A stretch of DNA of 64,000 nucleotides from Fibrobacter sp. (GCA_024398845.1 JAKSIM010000001.1:3558-67557); one strand, 5' to 3'. Counted from the stretch's first letter, positions 40,795 through 49,615 are shown. Numbers and translations: made by a program. Notes: generated from the sequence alone by a model not told the origin.

Positions 40795-40983
40795 TTAAAG
40801 CGCCTTGATTTCCTCGGGAGTGAGGCCAGTTTTTTCGGAAATGACATTTACCGAAACCCCAGCGTCTCGGAACGCCTTGGCGAGTTCACGATTTTTCTCG
40901 TCAGCACCCTCTGCACGACCCTCGGCACGGCCTTCTTCACGGCCTTTCTTGAACTTTATGTTGAGTTCTTGTTCCAGAGTCAT
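40795..40983 (-). CDS. putative internally translated small Rpn (RpnS), 62 aa
   Basis: In-frame ATG 40983 preceded by AAGGAAGG-CTTAC; covers the EGRA repeats and the C-terminal helical domain. Confidence 0.55.
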   Translation of the reverse strand: MTLEQELNIKFKKGREEGRAEGRAEGADEKNRELAKAFRDAGVSVNVISEKTGLTPEEIKAL

Positions 40984-41643
40984 GTAAGCCTTCCTTGTGA
41001 TTGGGTCCTTGCGGTACTTGTCCACGATTGCCTGGATCCGCTTCATCTTCTCGGATTCGCACTTTTGCGTGGCAAAGTACTGCATGTACTCGCGAGTCGA
41101 TTCATCTTCAATTTCACCGTACTTTTTAAAGATATAAAAATTTTTGTAGGTGAGGTCGCCCATCAGGATACTCGAATCGCTTTCCTCACGATTTTCGAAG
41201 CGGTAAATCGCCTTGCCGGCACCGAAAATATCCGTCGGGCAAAGAAACAGAATGTACTGTTCGCGGAGTTCGTCATATGTAGCCCCCTTGCCGAGCGCAT
41301 CCAAGTCGCACATACTCTGGTAATAACGGGAGCGCTTGGGCAATTCTCCTGTACTTTCCATTTGCATCTCTACATCAAAATATCGAGCGGGCTTTGCGTC
41401 GTTCTGTTCCGCGGTGGCATCGGATACTCCCTGCTCTTTGGGCGAATCCTCCTTCACTAGCACATCGAAGCGGACACTTTTGTGGAACGGATCCTCCTGG
41501 GAGGTGGCCTCACTCACGACAGTGATTTTCTCGATTTGGATTTTCAGGACGGCTTGCAAGAAATCCTTCGCCACATCCTCGTTACTGAACACTTTTGCGA
41601 ACATAAAGTTGTCCGTAATGGTCAGGTCTTCGTACCTTTTCAT
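40795..41643 (-). CDS. Rpn family recombination-promoting nuclease / PD-(D/E)XK putative transposase
   Basis: DNFMFAKVF, VRFDV, FDVEMQ, LPKRSRYYQS, EGRAEGRAEG, TGLTPEEIKAL; AGGAGG SD. Confidence 0.92.
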   Translation of the reverse strand: MKRYEDLTITDNFMFAKVFSNEDVAKDFLQAVLKIQIEKITVVSEATSQEDPFHKSVRFDVLVKEDSPKEQGVSDATAEQNDAKPARYFDVEMQMESTGELPKRSRYYQSMCDLDALGKGATYDELREQYILFLCPTDIFGAGKAIYRFENREESDSSILMGDLTYKNFYIFKKYGEIEDESTREYMQYFATQKCESEKMKRIQAIVDKYRKDPITRKAYMTLEQELNIKFKKGREEGRAEGRAEGADEKNRELAKAFRDAGVSVNVISEKTGLTPEEIKAL

Positions 41644-41899
41644 TTTTCCTCCTGCCGCTACACGCTTGAAAGCGACCGGTTTAACTCATATATCAACTTG
41701 CGAGACGTTTATCAGCGCAACTTGCGGCACGCGCCGCATATTGAACATTTGTTCACTATTAAATATAACCACAAAAATCTGATGCGTCAAGACACCGCTG
41801 AAAATTTTTTGAGATTCCGAGAGAACATTTATACAGACATTATAGAAAAAATTATGGATAAGCTTACACTCGTACCTTCTGCACTATTTTCGTGACATA

Positions 41900-42700
41900 A
41901 AAAGCGACCCACCGGCGTAGCCGGTGGTTCTTCATATGCGGGCCCTGCCCTAGGATACTAGCCACGCGTCTGCGCGCCTCATTCCAGAACATCAGCACAA
42001 ACTGGCACTTGCGTAAGTCCCTACCGGCGACCCGTAAACGGGTTAAAGCTTTCCAAACATGGTCAGTTGGTCTCCGTACTTGTCCTCCTTCAATTGATTT
42101 TGGATATACGCGGCAATCTTCGCCGTATTTTTGCCAGTCGTGTCAACATAGTAACCTCGGCACCAAAATTCACGGCCTTTGTATTTGACCTGCAACGATG
42201 GAAATTTCTCGTACAACATCAAACTACTCTTCCCTTTTAAGTAGCCCACAAACCCCGACACGCTCACTTTGGGCGGTATTTCGAGCAGCATGTGTACGTG
42301 GTCCGGGCAGACTTCCGCCTCGACGATATTTATCCCCTTCCACTCGCAAAGTGTCCGCAGGATCTTTCCTATCTCTGCTTTTTTCTCCCCGAAAAAAACT
42401 TTTCTACGGAATTTGGGGGCGAATACCACATGATATTTGCAGTTCCACGTTGTGTGTGCCAACATGTTGTGATTATTACTATTTTGCATTTTACACTCTT
42501 GGTTGATTGTTTTGCAGGATGCCAGTCCGCATTTCAATAAACGCAAGCCGAGTGCCGCGGCAAAACTCGCTTTGCCATGACCGAGGCGCAGCCTTATGGG
42601 CTGAAAGCCAAATCTAACCAAGAGTTTTTTGCTTTGCTCAAGGACGTAACGCCAGAAGGCTCTTTAGAACTACCGGCCTAGCCGGTAGTTTTCGGTTTAT
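41900..42700 (-). mobile_element. IS200-type insertion sequence (tnpA only); exact ends approximate
   Basis: Subterminal hairpins CCACCGGC-GTA-GCCGGTGG (41909-41927) and AACTACCGGC-CTA-GCCGGTAGTT (42668-42690) bracket a Y1 transposase. Confidence 0.88.
42043..42489 (-). CDS. tnpA: IS200/IS605 family Y1 (HUH) transposase
   Basis: YHVVFAPKFRR, PDHVHML, LKGKSS, FWCRGYY, YIQNQ; start at ATG 42489. Confidence 0.95.
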   Translation of the reverse strand: MQNSNNHNMLAHTTWNCKYHVVFAPKFRRKVFFGEKKAEIGKILRTLCEWKGINIVEAEVCPDHVHMLLEIPPKVSVSGFVGYLKGKSSLMLYEKFPSLQVKYKGREFWCRGYYVDTTGKNTAKIAAYIQNQLKEDKYGDQLTMFGKL

Positions 42701-42707
42701 ACAATCA

Positions 42708-42745
42708 AGCCTTCCCTCTAAAAAGGGGAAGGCCTTTTGTTTTTT
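42708..42745 (+). terminator. terminator-like hairpin next to the IS end
   Basis: GCCTTCCC-TCTAAAAAG-GGGAAGGC then CTTTTGTTTTTT. Confidence 0.6.
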
Positions 42746-42793
42746 GATTCGAAAAGCGTAGATTAGAAATCTCAAAAAAATTATATTAGGCCC

Positions 42794-43177
42794 ATGCGAA
42801 TTCTTCTCCAGTTAGCCCTAATTCTTGGCATCAGTTTTGCGGGTGAACTTCTGCACCGCTACGTGGGCGTGCCAATCCCCGGGAACATCATCGGGATGCT
42901 TCTTATGCTTATACTGCTTTGCTTGAAAATTGTGAAGCTCGACCACATCAAGGAGGTTTCGAATTTTTTCTTGAAGCACCTTGCATTCTTCTTTTTGCCG
43001 CCGAGTATCGGCATCATGGCCGCGGGCGAAGAGGTGATGAGCCAGTGGCCGCTGCTTATGTTCCTCTGCGTAGCCCTCACGATTGTCACCATGGCAGCCA
43101 CCGGCTGGACCGTGCAACTGCTAAGCCGGAACAAACGCGAGAACCCAACCACTAACCACCAACCCTCTCGTCTGTAG
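42794..43177 (+). CDS. CidA/LrgA family protein
   Basis: GELL, PIPGNIIGM, LAFFFLPPSIGIM. Confidence 0.92.
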   Translation: MRILLQLALILGISFAGELLHRYVGVPIPGNIIGMLLMLILLCLKIVKLDHIKEVSNFFLKHLAFFFLPPSIGIMAAGEEVMSQWPLLMFLCVALTIVTMAATGWTVQLLSRNKRENPTTNHQPSRL

Positions 43178-43208
43178 CGAGCAACGCGAGCGTTCTCTCG
43201 TCTAATTT
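43147..43208. repeat. heptamer repeats plus CTCTCGTCT scaffold
   Basis: AACCACT AACCACC AACC CTCTCGTCTGTAG...TCTCTCGTCTAA; same scaffold as the rsmB insertion. Confidence 0.65.
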
Positions 43209-43883
43209 ATGCCTCTCTTCGGAATTTTTCTTACTTTTATCGCTTTTGAAATCGGAGTTGCGATTCATAAAAAATGGCGTTACTCCCTCGTGAATCCGCT
43301 TCTCATAGCGAACGTACTCATCATCGGGTTTTTGTGTGTCACGGGCATCAGCTACGAGACGTACAAAATAGGCGGCGACTACATTTCGTTTTTTCTCGGG
43401 CCCGTGACGGTCGTTTTGGCGGTGCCACTTTACAAGCAAATTCAAAACCTAAAAAAGTACTGGGTATCCATTCTCGCGGGGATTTGCGTGGGGAGTCTCA
43501 CGAGTATTTTCTGCGTGATTGCCACAAGCAAGATTTTTGGGCTTAGCGAGACGCTCATGCTTTCGCTTGCGCTCAAGTCCATTACCATTCCCATGGGGTC
43601 TGTTGTATCTGCACAAATCGGAGGAATCCCCTCCATCACCATCATCGCCATCACTATTACCGGAATTACCGGCGCCGTCACTGCTCCTCTTGTGTGCAGA
43701 TTTTTCCGCATCAAGAATCCCGTGGCGCAGGGTGTCGCCGTCGGTACAGCGAGCCACGCCCTGGGCACGAGTCGCGCGCTTGAAATGGGAGAAGTTCAAG
43801 GAGCCATGAGCAGTCTTTCCATCGGTGTCGCCGGAATTTTTACCGCCATCATCACCCCAATAATCATCCCCTACTTCATATAA
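43209..43883 (+). CDS. LrgB/CidB family protein
   Basis: LGPVTVVLAVPLY, KSITIP, GTASHALGT. Confidence 0.93.
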   Translation: MPLFGIFLTFIAFEIGVAIHKKWRYSLVNPLLIANVLIIGFLCVTGISYETYKIGGDYISFFLGPVTVVLAVPLYKQIQNLKKYWVSILAGICVGSLTSIFCVIATSKIFGLSETLMLSLALKSITIPMGSVVSAQIGGIPSITIIAITITGITGAVTAPLVCRFFRIKNPVAQGVAVGTASHALGTSRALEMGEVQGAMSSLSIGVAGIFTAIITPIIIPYFI

Positions 43884-44236
43884 AGCAGCGGCCCCCCTTT
43901 CCCGTCATACGGAGTACCTTCACTGTCATACATCAAGCCCTCTCTTGTCGCACATTATGGCTCGCGATAATTACAAAAAAAACTTTTTTCAAGAAATTAT
44001 GGCCTAAATGGAGCAAAAAGTTGCTTTTAGGTCACATTTTACAAACAAGGTAACATACTTTTTGTTCTATACAAGGATTTTTCGTCAAATTTTTCATTCC
44101 AAATGCAGTTTTATACATACAAACTAATTTTTGTAACCTAATTGATTAAAAAAAAGGCCGTTTAGGTCAAAATCCGCCTCAAAGCACTCAATTTCATAAT
44201 CGAGAGAAGGCTTTTTACGAATCCGCACGCCTTTCA

Positions 44237-44284
44237 GGCGGTTTCCCCAGCGATATCCTCGGCGGTTTCCTCAGCGGTTTTCTT
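44237..44284. repeat. 12-bp tandem repeat x4
   Basis: GGCGGTTTCCCC AGCGATATCCTC GGCGGTTTCCTC AGCGGTTTTCTT. Confidence 0.75.
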
Positions 44285-44289
44285 TATAA

Positions 44290-44360
44290 TGAAAAGGTGG
44301 ATCCCGCGGGACCCACCTTTATTTTGGGTGTATTGGAATTCTTACAACAAATTCACCTAC
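44290..44360 (-). ncRNA. candidate small RNA B (or long 3' UTR plus terminator of the nitroreductase gene)
   Basis: TATTTT box at 44373-44368; GAATT..AATTC hairpin; ACACCCAAAA linker; strong hairpin at 44293-44320. Confidence 0.35.
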
Positions 44361-44414
44361 ATTTCAAAAAATAGTTTTTTAAATTTTCTTTTGAATAGAA
44401 TAATTTCGTTTTTT

Positions 44415-45770
44415 TTACTTACGAATTAATTTCCCAACCAAGGAACAAGAGATAATTGTTTCTTTTTCTGGAATTCCACAAAATTTTCGCAATTCGTCAT
44501 GATACAAATAATGTTCATTGCGAACGGCTTTATTCATCATCTGCCCTGCAAGGCAAAGAGATTCCTCCAAAAAGCCCGCATTCAAATTCAAATAGCGATA
44601 AGCCCTTTCGCCAAGCACCCCGCAGGCCTCGTTCAAATTCGCCGTACATATTACAGCAAATGAAGTGTTTTGCGTAATTTCGGAATTCGCAAAGCATTTT
44701 GCGAACAACTTAGCCTTAACTTCTGGGGTTTGCATGTAAATGGACCTACGCACCGGCACATACTGGTACACACCAGGATACACAAACATGGCGTCAAAAA
44801 CAACGACCCATATTTTTAAAAGTCCGGCGCCAAATGCGTTCACCGCGCCTAAATCCAGCCAACGGAGCATGGTCGAAAAATCGTCCAAATCCATGGTCGC
44901 CTTTGTAAAGGGCGCATAGGCTTTTTTCCTTGGTTTTAGGAACCACATTTCATGAAAAAAGTAGTCGCTCGGGAACTTTGCCGGAGTTAGCGGGAACTCT
45001 TCGCCGGGCAACGCTTTAGAGACCACACGGCGCACCTTAATGCACCTCGAAACATCGTTAATGCATTCGCAGCGATTCTGCAACATAAATCGCGCCGGGT
45101 AACGCGAGCCCGGTTCAATCGTCTCGTTTCGGTTTGAATAGGCAAACTCGCCCATGCCATCGTCCACCGAATTAAACGCGACCATGCTGTTTTCGGGGAA
45201 AACGGCCATCGCCGCAAGCGGGACCTCGGTCGAGCCCAGCTTTAGGGCGAGTGCGAGCCCATCATCTACAAAGCCACCCAGCGGGAAAACTTTTTTACCC
45301 TGCGATTTGGCATACAGCATCGTGTTAGCGCACGCTGCACCCACGTCTTGCTGGACTTGCCTATAGGCGGCTTCCCTAAAATGCCAAACGGAGCATTCCA
45401 TGAGTCCCGTATAAATGCAAAGGCTCATCGCCTGTTCCACAAAGCTCGCTTCCGGGAAACATTCGACAATGGCATTCATCATCGACTTTCCGCCGATATT
45501 CACGAGTTCCTGCTCGTCGGCATCGTAAAAATACACGCCATCCGGAACATCGCCACCGCGAGAGACCACGTACACGCAAACGGAATTCAAATTATCGGCA
45601 AAAACGGGATTGTGCAGCGGCCTTTTGGATTCATTCACCGCGTAGCGTTTTGCACCTTCGTACGCTTTATTTTGCAGGGGCATAGACTCCCAATGCAAAG
45701 CAATGGGATCCCCACTCGAGCGCGGAGCATATTGGGTGGATTCGTGGTATGTTTCGGAATAAAACTGCAC
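44415..45770 (-). CDS. tandem nitroreductase-fold (SagB/ThcOx-like) protein
   Basis: YHESTQ; two repeats with DGVYFY/PGVYQY and REAAYR/ERAYRY; GGFVDD. Confidence 0.75.
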   Translation of the reverse strand: MQFYSETYHESTQYAPRSSGDPIALHWESMPLQNKAYEGAKRYAVNESKRPLHNPVFADNLNSVCVYVVSRGGDVPDGVYFYDADEQELVNIGGKSMMNAIVECFPEASFVEQAMSLCIYTGLMECSVWHFREAAYRQVQQDVGAACANTMLYAKSQGKKVFPLGGFVDDGLALALKLGSTEVPLAAMAVFPENSMVAFNSVDDGMGEFAYSNRNETIEPGSRYPARFMLQNRCECINDVSRCIKVRRVVSKALPGEEFPLTPAKFPSDYFFHEMWFLKPRKKAYAPFTKATMDLDDFSTMLRWLDLGAVNAFGAGLLKIWVVVFDAMFVYPGVYQYVPVRRSIYMQTPEVKAKLFAKCFANSEITQNTSFAVICTANLNEACGVLGERAYRYLNLNAGFLEESLCLAGQMMNKAVRNEHYLYHDELRKFCGIPEKETIISCSLVGKLIRK

Positions 45771-45942
45771 ATATAAAAATTACATAAAAGCAAGGGAAAC
45801 AATTAAAAATCACAGCAATTTTAAAAGAATACCTTTAAATTTTTCAAAAAAAAGCAAAATTTTCAATACACTTAACACACTTTTAACACATTTATTTTTC
45901 GTAAATGTTGTCTACCGCCCAAAACCTTCCTATATTTTTTAG

Positions 45943-46024
45943 TACGAAATTCATGGAATTTCAATCTCCTTTCATAACCAAACCCACAAGCTGCATGGCC
46001 AGTCCATGCAGCTTTCTTTGTTTT
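45943..46024 (+). ncRNA. candidate small RNA C
   Basis: TATATT at 45931; hairpin GAAATTC-ATG-GAATTTC; TCTCCTTT and AACCAAACCCAC linker; terminator AAGCTGCATGG/CCATGCAGCTT then T-rich; lies in a divergent intergenic region. Confidence 0.55.
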
Positions 46025-46051
46025 AGGTTCTCAATTTTCTAGATTTAAAAT

Positions 46052-49000
46052 ATGTATTTGACAATTTTAAAAAAGGCGTATGGTCTGTTCTGTGCCAGCG
46101 TCTTGTTTGCGAGTGTAGCCCAGGCTGCGGGTTTTTATGGTAACCAAAGTGATATTAAGTGGAAGACCGCCGCAACCGAGCACTTCCAGTTTATTTACCC
46201 GCAAGAGTACTCCGACCACGCGGCGACAGTCTCGGCTTACGCCGAGGCCGTGTACGACTCCGTCGTGAGCCGTTACCGTATTGATTTACCCGGCCGCGTG
46301 AACGCGACCTTGAACAACGCGCTGTACAGTAACGGCAGCGCCGTGCCTAGCGAGAACGCCCTGAACCTCTGGCTCACCAACTGGGACTTCAAGGTCCGCA
46401 GCAGCCACGGCTGGGTGAGTGACGTGGTGACGCACGAATTCAGCCACCTGGTGAGTATCGAGAACGGCAGCAAGTTCTCGCCGAGCCTTTACGGCGTCCA
46501 GGTGAGCTACACCGACTATTACAACGAGCGCACGACCAGCGACTTTATGACGATGTACCCTTTTACGCTGCAGCCGCTTTGGCTCGCCGAGGGTACCGCG
46601 CAGTTTGAATCGAGCCGCATGGGCTTTGACGCCTGGGACACGCACCGCGACATGCTCTTGCGTGTAGCGGCCCTGAACGACACGCTGCTCTCGCTCGAAT
46701 ACATGCACGATTTCTCGGACAATTCGCTGTTCGCGGAACTCGGCCCCTACACGCAGGGTTTTTCGCTCGTACGCTACATCAACAAGCATTACGGCGATCA
46801 GGCGCTCCCAAAAATCTGGTCTGAACTTTCGCGCCCGCACCGCGTCACGCTCTCCGCCGCCCTCAAAGGCGTGCTTGGCGTTGACGAAGACGAGCTCTAC
46901 GAAGCGTGGAAAAAGGAAATCACCGACGAATACAAGGCGCAAAAAGATTCTCTTGGCGAACTCGTCGAAGGAACGAAAATTACCGCCGACGCTTTTTGGC
47001 AGGACTTCCCCGTGGTCGCAGGCAAGCACATTTACGGCATCTCGAACTTTGGCGGCCCGTGGTTTGACGGGTCCGTATTTAAAATGCCCATTGAAGCAGA
47101 CACCGTGAGCGCCGACAGCGCGGCGGCATCCAGCGCCAAGGACTCGAACGTCGCGGGTATTTCCGTCGGCGACGTGACCATCGAAAACGAAGGCGCCGAC
47201 TCGACCATCGACATTTCGGAATACGCAAAGAGCGGCTTCAAGGCAAAGAAGCCCTGGTTCGACAAGGGCATTGACGTGGTGGACGCACCCGACCGTGGAC
47301 CGATTCTCGCCTACGTGAGTTACCAGAACCGCGACAAGGATGGACACGCCCACTTTGACATCGCCGTGAGTGACACCAACAAGAATCAACTCACACTCAC
47401 CTACCTCACGGACGCAGTTTACCCCGCATTCGACAAGCAGGCGACCACCGTTATTTTTGCCCGACGCGAGCCGTTCAGCACCCGCTTTGTGCTAAGCAAG
47501 GTTCCGTTTAGCGCAGACTTTAGCGAGTACGTCGCCGAAGACCCGATTGACATTTTTGTGCCAGACGCAAAATACAAGTACTACAACATTTACAGTCCAA
47601 AGTTCAGCCCAGACGGCAAGCGCATCGCCTTCGGTTTCTTTGACGACAAACAGCGCGGCATCGCGGTGATTGACGCCGACGGCAAGAACATGAAAGTCGT
47701 GAGCACCGCGGGCTTTGACGAACGCGATGTGGACTGGATTGACAACGACAAGATTATCTTTGCAAGCAACCGCAACGGAATTTTCAACCTGTTCGAAAAG
47801 AGCCTCGCCTCCGGCGAAGAACGCCCACTCACGAACGTCGTGGGCGGAGCCTTTACCCCGACGCTCCACAAGGACACCATCTACTTTACGCAATACGACA
47901 AGGACGGATTCTCGCTCTACAAGCTCGGCTACCGCGGAAACACCGGTGTCGCTGCCGCCACCAGGGATAGCCTCGTCACCACGAGTCTCGACAGCACAAT
48001 CCAAATCGCAGACACCACCTGGAGCACATGCCCCGAAGTCGCCACAGCCGATTCCGCTGTTCAAAGCAAAGCCGATTCCGTAGTTCAAAGCGCCGCCGAT
48101 TCCACGGCAAACTGCGTGCCGACGCCCTCAATCGCCATGCGCGACAGCATCATCAAAATTACGAAGGTTGACACTCTCAAAGTCGCTGTCCAACCAGCCG
48201 ACGCGCAAAACAAGCCCATTGTTTTGCATGGCAGCCTCCCCACACCTATTCAAAAACATATTGAACTCGCCGACCGCGAATTCGCAGGCGCCGAACACGA
48301 CTACAAGCCTATCCCGACTGTACCACTGTTCGTCCCAATACTTAGCTTCAACGAAAATGCGCCGGACCTCACCGTCTTTGGCGAAGGCGAACTCAAAACC
48401 AAGGCCGGCCTCGCCGTCATCTTGAGCGACCCCTTAAAAAAGAACACGGTTCAACTCGGGCTCTTGCTGGAACTTGGCAAGGGTCTGGACTTCATCAACG
48501 GAGACGGCCTCAATCCCGAGCAAGAAAAGGAATTCTTTGCCGCCTGGGAAAATCACAGCACGCCGCTTGATTTGGGGCTCGCCTACAGCTACGCCAACTA
48601 CACCAGCAAAGACACCGTGCGTTACGAAGACGTGCGCGCCCATAACGGCGACAGCCTCGGCATGAGTCACTACGCCATCCCGATGCAATCCATTGTGGGT
48701 ATGGCAGGTTACAGCGTTTTCAAGACCATCGACACCTTGCAGGTCGCCCTCGGTTACGATTGGGCCGACTTCAACCTCTACGAAGACGATTTTAGCTGGA
48801 CCTACCAAAAACGCATCACGGCATCGGTTGCCCTCGGGCTCTATGGCGATAGCGAAGGCGAAGAAGGCACAGGCATTAGCGGGCAGGGCAATGGGCTATT
48901 TATCTATTATCAGTACACCAACAGCGACCTCTACCGTCCCGGAACCTTCGCCGAAAGCTTCTACGTCACCGAAAGCGGCTCCATCAAACCCAAGTACAGG

Positions 49001-49615
49001 AACTTCAACATCAACGAATTTGGCGTGAATCTTTACGGCAGCGTGCAAAGCCCGCTCACCGGAGCGCGTCTTGCCGCAGGCGCCAAAGTCAGCGGGATTT
49101 TCAACTGGAGCACCGACGCCAAGGAAGACACTCTGGATTCCTACTACTACACTCCGATATTCCTTGAAGGTTACCCCTACTTGCGCAGTAGCGAAGACTA
49201 CACCCGCGCGGGCACCAAGACGGCAGTCGCCGAGATGCACTACCTGTTCCCCATTTACGATGACTGGCGCAAGTCCGCATGGATCTTCACCACACGCAGC
49301 TTCTACTTTGACGTATTCGCCCAAATGGGAGCCGCCTGGAACAGCAAGTGGATTGACACGGACAAATTCACCGACCACAAGTTCTGGGACCGCGACGTAG
49401 GCATCAGCTTACGCATGTCGAACAAGATTTTCTACAATATTCCGCTCGACATTTCGCTCACGTTCGCCCGCGGGCTTAGCCGCATTGGCGAGGACGACGA
49501 ACTACGCGGTGGGCGCAAACTCACCCCCATTGATTTGCCGCTCCTCCCCGAGAGTATCTGCCCCACGCGAATCAAGTTCGCCATCGGCATGGGCTTCAAC
49601 AACAGCTGGCAGTAA
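46052..49615 (+). CDS. secreted gluzincin peptidase + TolB/PD40 propeller + outer-membrane barrel protein
   Basis: THEFSH and WLAEGTA zinc motifs; PKFSPDGKRIAF, FASNRNGIFNLF repeats; Omp85-like C-terminal strands. Confidence 0.8.
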   Translation: MYLTILKKAYGLFCASVLFASVAQAAGFYGNQSDIKWKTAATEHFQFIYPQEYSDHAATVSAYAEAVYDSVVSRYRIDLPGRVNATLNNALYSNGSAVPSENALNLWLTNWDFKVRSSHGWVSDVVTHEFSHLVSIENGSKFSPSLYGVQVSYTDYYNERTTSDFMTMYPFTLQPLWLAEGTAQFESSRMGFDAWDTHRDMLLRVAALNDTLLSLEYMHDFSDNSLFAELGPYTQGFSLVRYINKHYGDQALPKIWSELSRPHRVTLSAALKGVLGVDEDELYEAWKKEITDEYKAQKDSLGELVEGTKITADAFWQDFPVVAGKHIYGISNFGGPWFDGSVFKMPIEADTVSADSAAASSAKDSNVAGISVGDVTIENEGADSTIDISEYAKSGFKAKKPWFDKGIDVVDAPDRGPILAYVSYQNRDKDGHAHFDIAVSDTNKNQLTLTYLTDAVYPAFDKQATTVIFARREPFSTRFVLSKVPFSADFSEYVAEDPIDIFVPDAKYKYYNIYSPKFSPDGKRIAFGFFDDKQRGIAVIDADGKNMKVVSTAGFDERDVDWIDNDKIIFASNRNGIFNLFEKSLASGEERPLTNVVGGAFTPTLHKDTIYFTQYDKDGFSLYKLGYRGNTGVAAATRDSLVTTSLDSTIQIADTTWSTCPEVATADSAVQSKADSVVQSAADSTANCVPTPSIAMRDSIIKITKVDTLKVAVQPADAQNKPIVLHGSLPTPIQKHIELADREFAGAEHDYKPIPTVPLFVPILSFNENAPDLTVFGEGELKTKAGLAVILSDPLKKNTVQLGLLLELGKGLDFINGDGLNPEQEKEFFAAWENHSTPLDLGLAYSYANYTSKDTVRYEDVRAHNGDSLGMSHYAIPMQSIVGMAGYSVFKTIDTLQVALGYDWADFNLYEDDFSWTYQKRITASVALGLYGDSEGEEGTGISGQGNGLFIYYQYTNSDLYRPGTFAESFYVTESGSIKPKYRNFNINEFGVNLYGSVQSPLTGARLAAGAKVSGIFNWSTDAKEDTLDSYYYTPIFLEGYPYLRSSEDYTRAGTKTAVAEMHYLFPIYDDWRKSAWIFTTRSFYFDVFAQMGAAWNSKWIDTDKFTDHKFWDRDVGISLRMSNKIFYNIPLDISLTFARGLSRIGEDDELRGGRKLTPIDLPLLPESICPTRIKFAIGMGFNNSWQ

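Noticed and set aside
42490-42621. 44-aa N-terminal extension of TnpA in the ORF track
   Set aside because: Comes from reading through the leader and nested repeat; transposase-like sequence starts after ATG 42489
41900-42700. TnpB/IscB RNA-guided system
   Set aside because: The element is about 800 bp and encodes only TnpA; no RuvC ORF between the end hairpins
42794-43883. Phage holin/antiholin lysis cassette
   Set aside because: Ordinary chromosomal CidA/LrgB pair with no endolysin
43895-43960. Three GTCATAC-like units at 21-22 bp spacing
   Set aside because: Too degenerate and short to call; possibly decayed repeat remnants
44415-45770. Azole-RiPP biosynthetic cluster
   Set aside because: No YcaO, precursor peptide or transporter nearby
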